Source of the DNA: Hemiscyllium ocellatum
Taxonomy: Eukaryota
Direction: 5' to 3'
Assembly (NCBI RefSeq): GCF_020745735.1
Contig: NW_026867501.1
Span: 62,001-126,000, forward strand
DNA: 64,000 nucleotides
Below, one piece after another: positions 61,601 through 64,000 of the stretch. Numbering within the stretch: the stretch's first letter is position 1; every line of letters begins with the position of its first letter. The translations under genes were made by a program, and so were the position numbers. The notes beneath the pieces are model-generated. The model saw only the letters and a list, made by a program, of their open reading frames with translations, ran no database searches and was not told where the DNA came from.

Positions 61601-63489
61601 GGGGGAATTGCCTCAAAAATACCAGTCTGAAACATAATAATCAACAGCTGACTAACTTCCACATCGTGTTCTGTATCAAACTTCTAACTTTTCAACTGGT
61701 TTTCCAAATAGGCGCCTATTATCCAGTGTCTCCCAATGGATCCTTTCTCAAAGCATTGGGATCGGTCTTAGGCGAGTCCAAGGGCCTTCCATTCCCTTTG
61801 TCTTACTCGATCAAACCCAGCACCATCAATCATCGGATTGTCCACAACATTTTTCAAGTAGGCTCAGTCAATTATCTTTCTTAAGTTGGGGGTCCCACCA
61901 CCCGTATTGGCAGGACCTTCAAATCCCCCATAGCCAACAACTGTCATGCGATGTATTCTTCAAAGGCTCTAATCAACTTTCCTACTCCATCATGCAAATT
62001 TGGCAGCACATTTATCAGCCTTTCCAGATCCTGGGTTCCCCAAGGAATGTTTTGCAGCTGTCTCCCTCCTTTTATAAGCAACGGCAGCAGCTTCCCCTCT
62101 TGGAACTTCTTGCCCACACTAAACTTGCTACTTTGTGATTCCGCATCAGACTCCAAATCTCACCTTATTTGTATTTCCTCACTCTACCACTCGCAATCGT
62201 CCCTTACTCATCCATCGGTTCTTAAGATTCTTCAGTTTCAACTAATTAATAAAAACAATTTATTCTAATTCGTTTTGCCTAAATTATTCCAGGACTGCAT
62301 CTGCAGAATGCACTCATCATTGATGGTTTCTTGAAAGAACATGATAAACACCCAGTGCTGATCTCAAACGTCGAACATGACATTCATGGTCCTGCACTGA
62401 TAGTGAACAGCCTGAAGTTGTGACACCGCATGTCTCAATGACAAGCCCTAACGAACGGTTGACGTCTTTGCTGCTGGAGTGCAATGGTCAACAGAGTGCA
62501 TGCGCACTAATCCTGAATGCGGAAAAGAAAGCTGTGAGTAGCTCTTCAAAATTCACAGGGATGGAGTTGGTAAAATCGTTTAGCAGGGGATTTATCCACG
62601 GGCAATTTAAACCAAGAGGAAAAGTGAAGTAAGGCTGGAATTGCGAAGTAACGCATGTCTGGCAGCATCTTTGGAGGCAAATCAGCGTTTCGTTTCCAAT
62701 AATGCATAAGAGTGGTTGAACTTGAAATGTTAATTGTAATTTACTCTACTAAGGTACTGCTGGACCTGTTAAGCTACTCGTTCGTTTCAGATCTCCAGTC
62801 TTTGCATTGTTGTACATTTATTCGAGAGAATATTCACTCCTGCACGTCCATTCTGATCTGGTGTTGAAGGCTTTAATTACGTTTTATTTCTGCAGTGCAT
62901 TTGAAACAGATACTTGGTAGCTGTGAAACTGAGCTCATCTGTCTCATCAAAATCTGACGTAGTCATTAAAGTCATCAAGATCTGAACATCATGTATTTTG
63001 AAGTTGGAACACCAACGTTTGTTCCTTCCGCCTACAGGCAAAGAATGCAGCAAAGAATCAGAGTCATTAGGAGATAAACAAACTTCAATGGGTACAAATG
63101 TATCGGAGCCAGATAAATTGCAATCAAAATCACGGGTGAACATTGAACTGCTTTCAAGCAGAAGTATTTCCGACACGATTAAGGTTTATTCCCATCAACG
63201 GTGCAGACAGTGGTCGCAAAACCAATGCCATTTTGAAGACAACATGCAAAAGCAAAATTAAGATTCTCAGGGGAAAAGCACTTGTGACAAATATGAGGTT
63301 GATAGTTCAATGACAACCGGGAATAAGTGAATAAATAAATGTCAGACCAGACATTGAAAAGATGACCGAGGCTCAGATAGATTTGAAGCAAATCTCTTCA
63401 ATAATCATTTCACCAATAAATGTACAATTAAAAGAACACGTATTGAGTGTAAAGAAGACTTCAAAAGATCATCCAGACTCGAGAGATTC

Positions 63490-63900
63490 AATTTCACCTA
63501 CGCAATGGATTGTGGGAAAGAGTTCAGATACCCATATGAGTTAAAAATTCATCGACACAGTTACACTAATTAGAAGCCATTGATTTGTTCGAAGTATGGA
63601 AAGGAATTCATCGGGCCATCACGTATGCTCTTACATCACTGCATTCACACTAATAGAAAAGAGACCTTTTAAATGTCCAAACTGCCAGAAATTCGAAAGT
63701 CACTCTGGTAAACGTATTCTTCATCAACGTGTTCATAACGATGATAGATTGTTCTTCTCATCTCACGATAGTAGTAGGTTCAAGAGATCGCCGCAACTCA
63801 CTGTACATCCGCGAATTCAGGTCCCGCGACGCCATTCTCCCGCCATGAGTGGGAAAATATTTACCACATCATCCTTACATCTAACTCAACAACGATTCGT
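63490..63900 (+). pseudogene. Multi-finger C2H2 zinc-finger pseudogene
   Basis: DCGKEFRYPYELKIHRHSYTN*KPLICSKYGKEF...HHCIHT, EKRPFKCPNCQKFESHSGKRILHQRVH, then further decayed fingers. Confidence 0.75.
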
Positions 63901-64000
63901 CTTCTCAGTACAACGCACTCCTCTTTTGAGTGGGGGAAGTGATTTACTAATTTATCTGAGCTGCTGATACACACCGGCGTCTTCACACAGAACGACGCTG

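Larger units (their letters stand above)
57220..62300 (-). mobile_element. Endogenous retrovirus (class I / epsilon-like): gag-pro-(RT deleted)-RNaseH-IN-env-PPT-3-prime LTR
   Basis: Gag-like PWGTQDLERLINVLPNLHDGVGKLIRAFEE (about 61950-62150). Protease VRLKGQFIPMMIGTGAIYTCV (DTG motif reads GTG). RNaseH end IK*QAHKIGSDRVVKEDQAADEAAR. Integrase ISPDDGSAFI...YHSQSQVMVERV...NWVDSLPLA. Env TM described separately. PPT AAAGGGGGGAA (57713-57703). No matching 5-prime LTR found. Confidence 0.85.

Noticed and set aside
1-64000. CRISPR arrays, rRNA, true tRNA genes, TCR constant exons
   Set aside because: None seen. The tRNA-like sequence is only SINE heads, and no C-domain exon was recognised in the window.

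Overview
Cartilaginous-fish (shark) genomic DNA, indicated by HE1-type SINEs, CR1/HER1 LINEs and Penelope-like elements. The window is part of a T-cell receptor alpha/delta V-gene array. Left end: a decayed but complete NAR-TCR cassette on + (leader, IgNAR-like V with a partial tandem duplication, 12/12-RSS D, 23-RSS J, then a leaderless supporting TCR-delta V with a CDR1 cysteine). An intact two-exon GPR139-like GPCR follows, then + strand TCR V segments, one of them an open V with a near-consensus RSS that has lost both canonical cysteines. From about 41.5 kb the V segments are on -, including a three-member family whose leader is fused to the V with no intron, each with a CTCF-like motif upstream. 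A GPR139-like pseudogene, an env-bearing class I-like endogenous retrovirus lacking RT, and C2H2 zinc-finger relics complete the window. ZNF, GPCR and V orientations are mirror-symmetric across it. All calls come from manual translation and motif reading; no database searches were run, and repeat boundaries are approximate.
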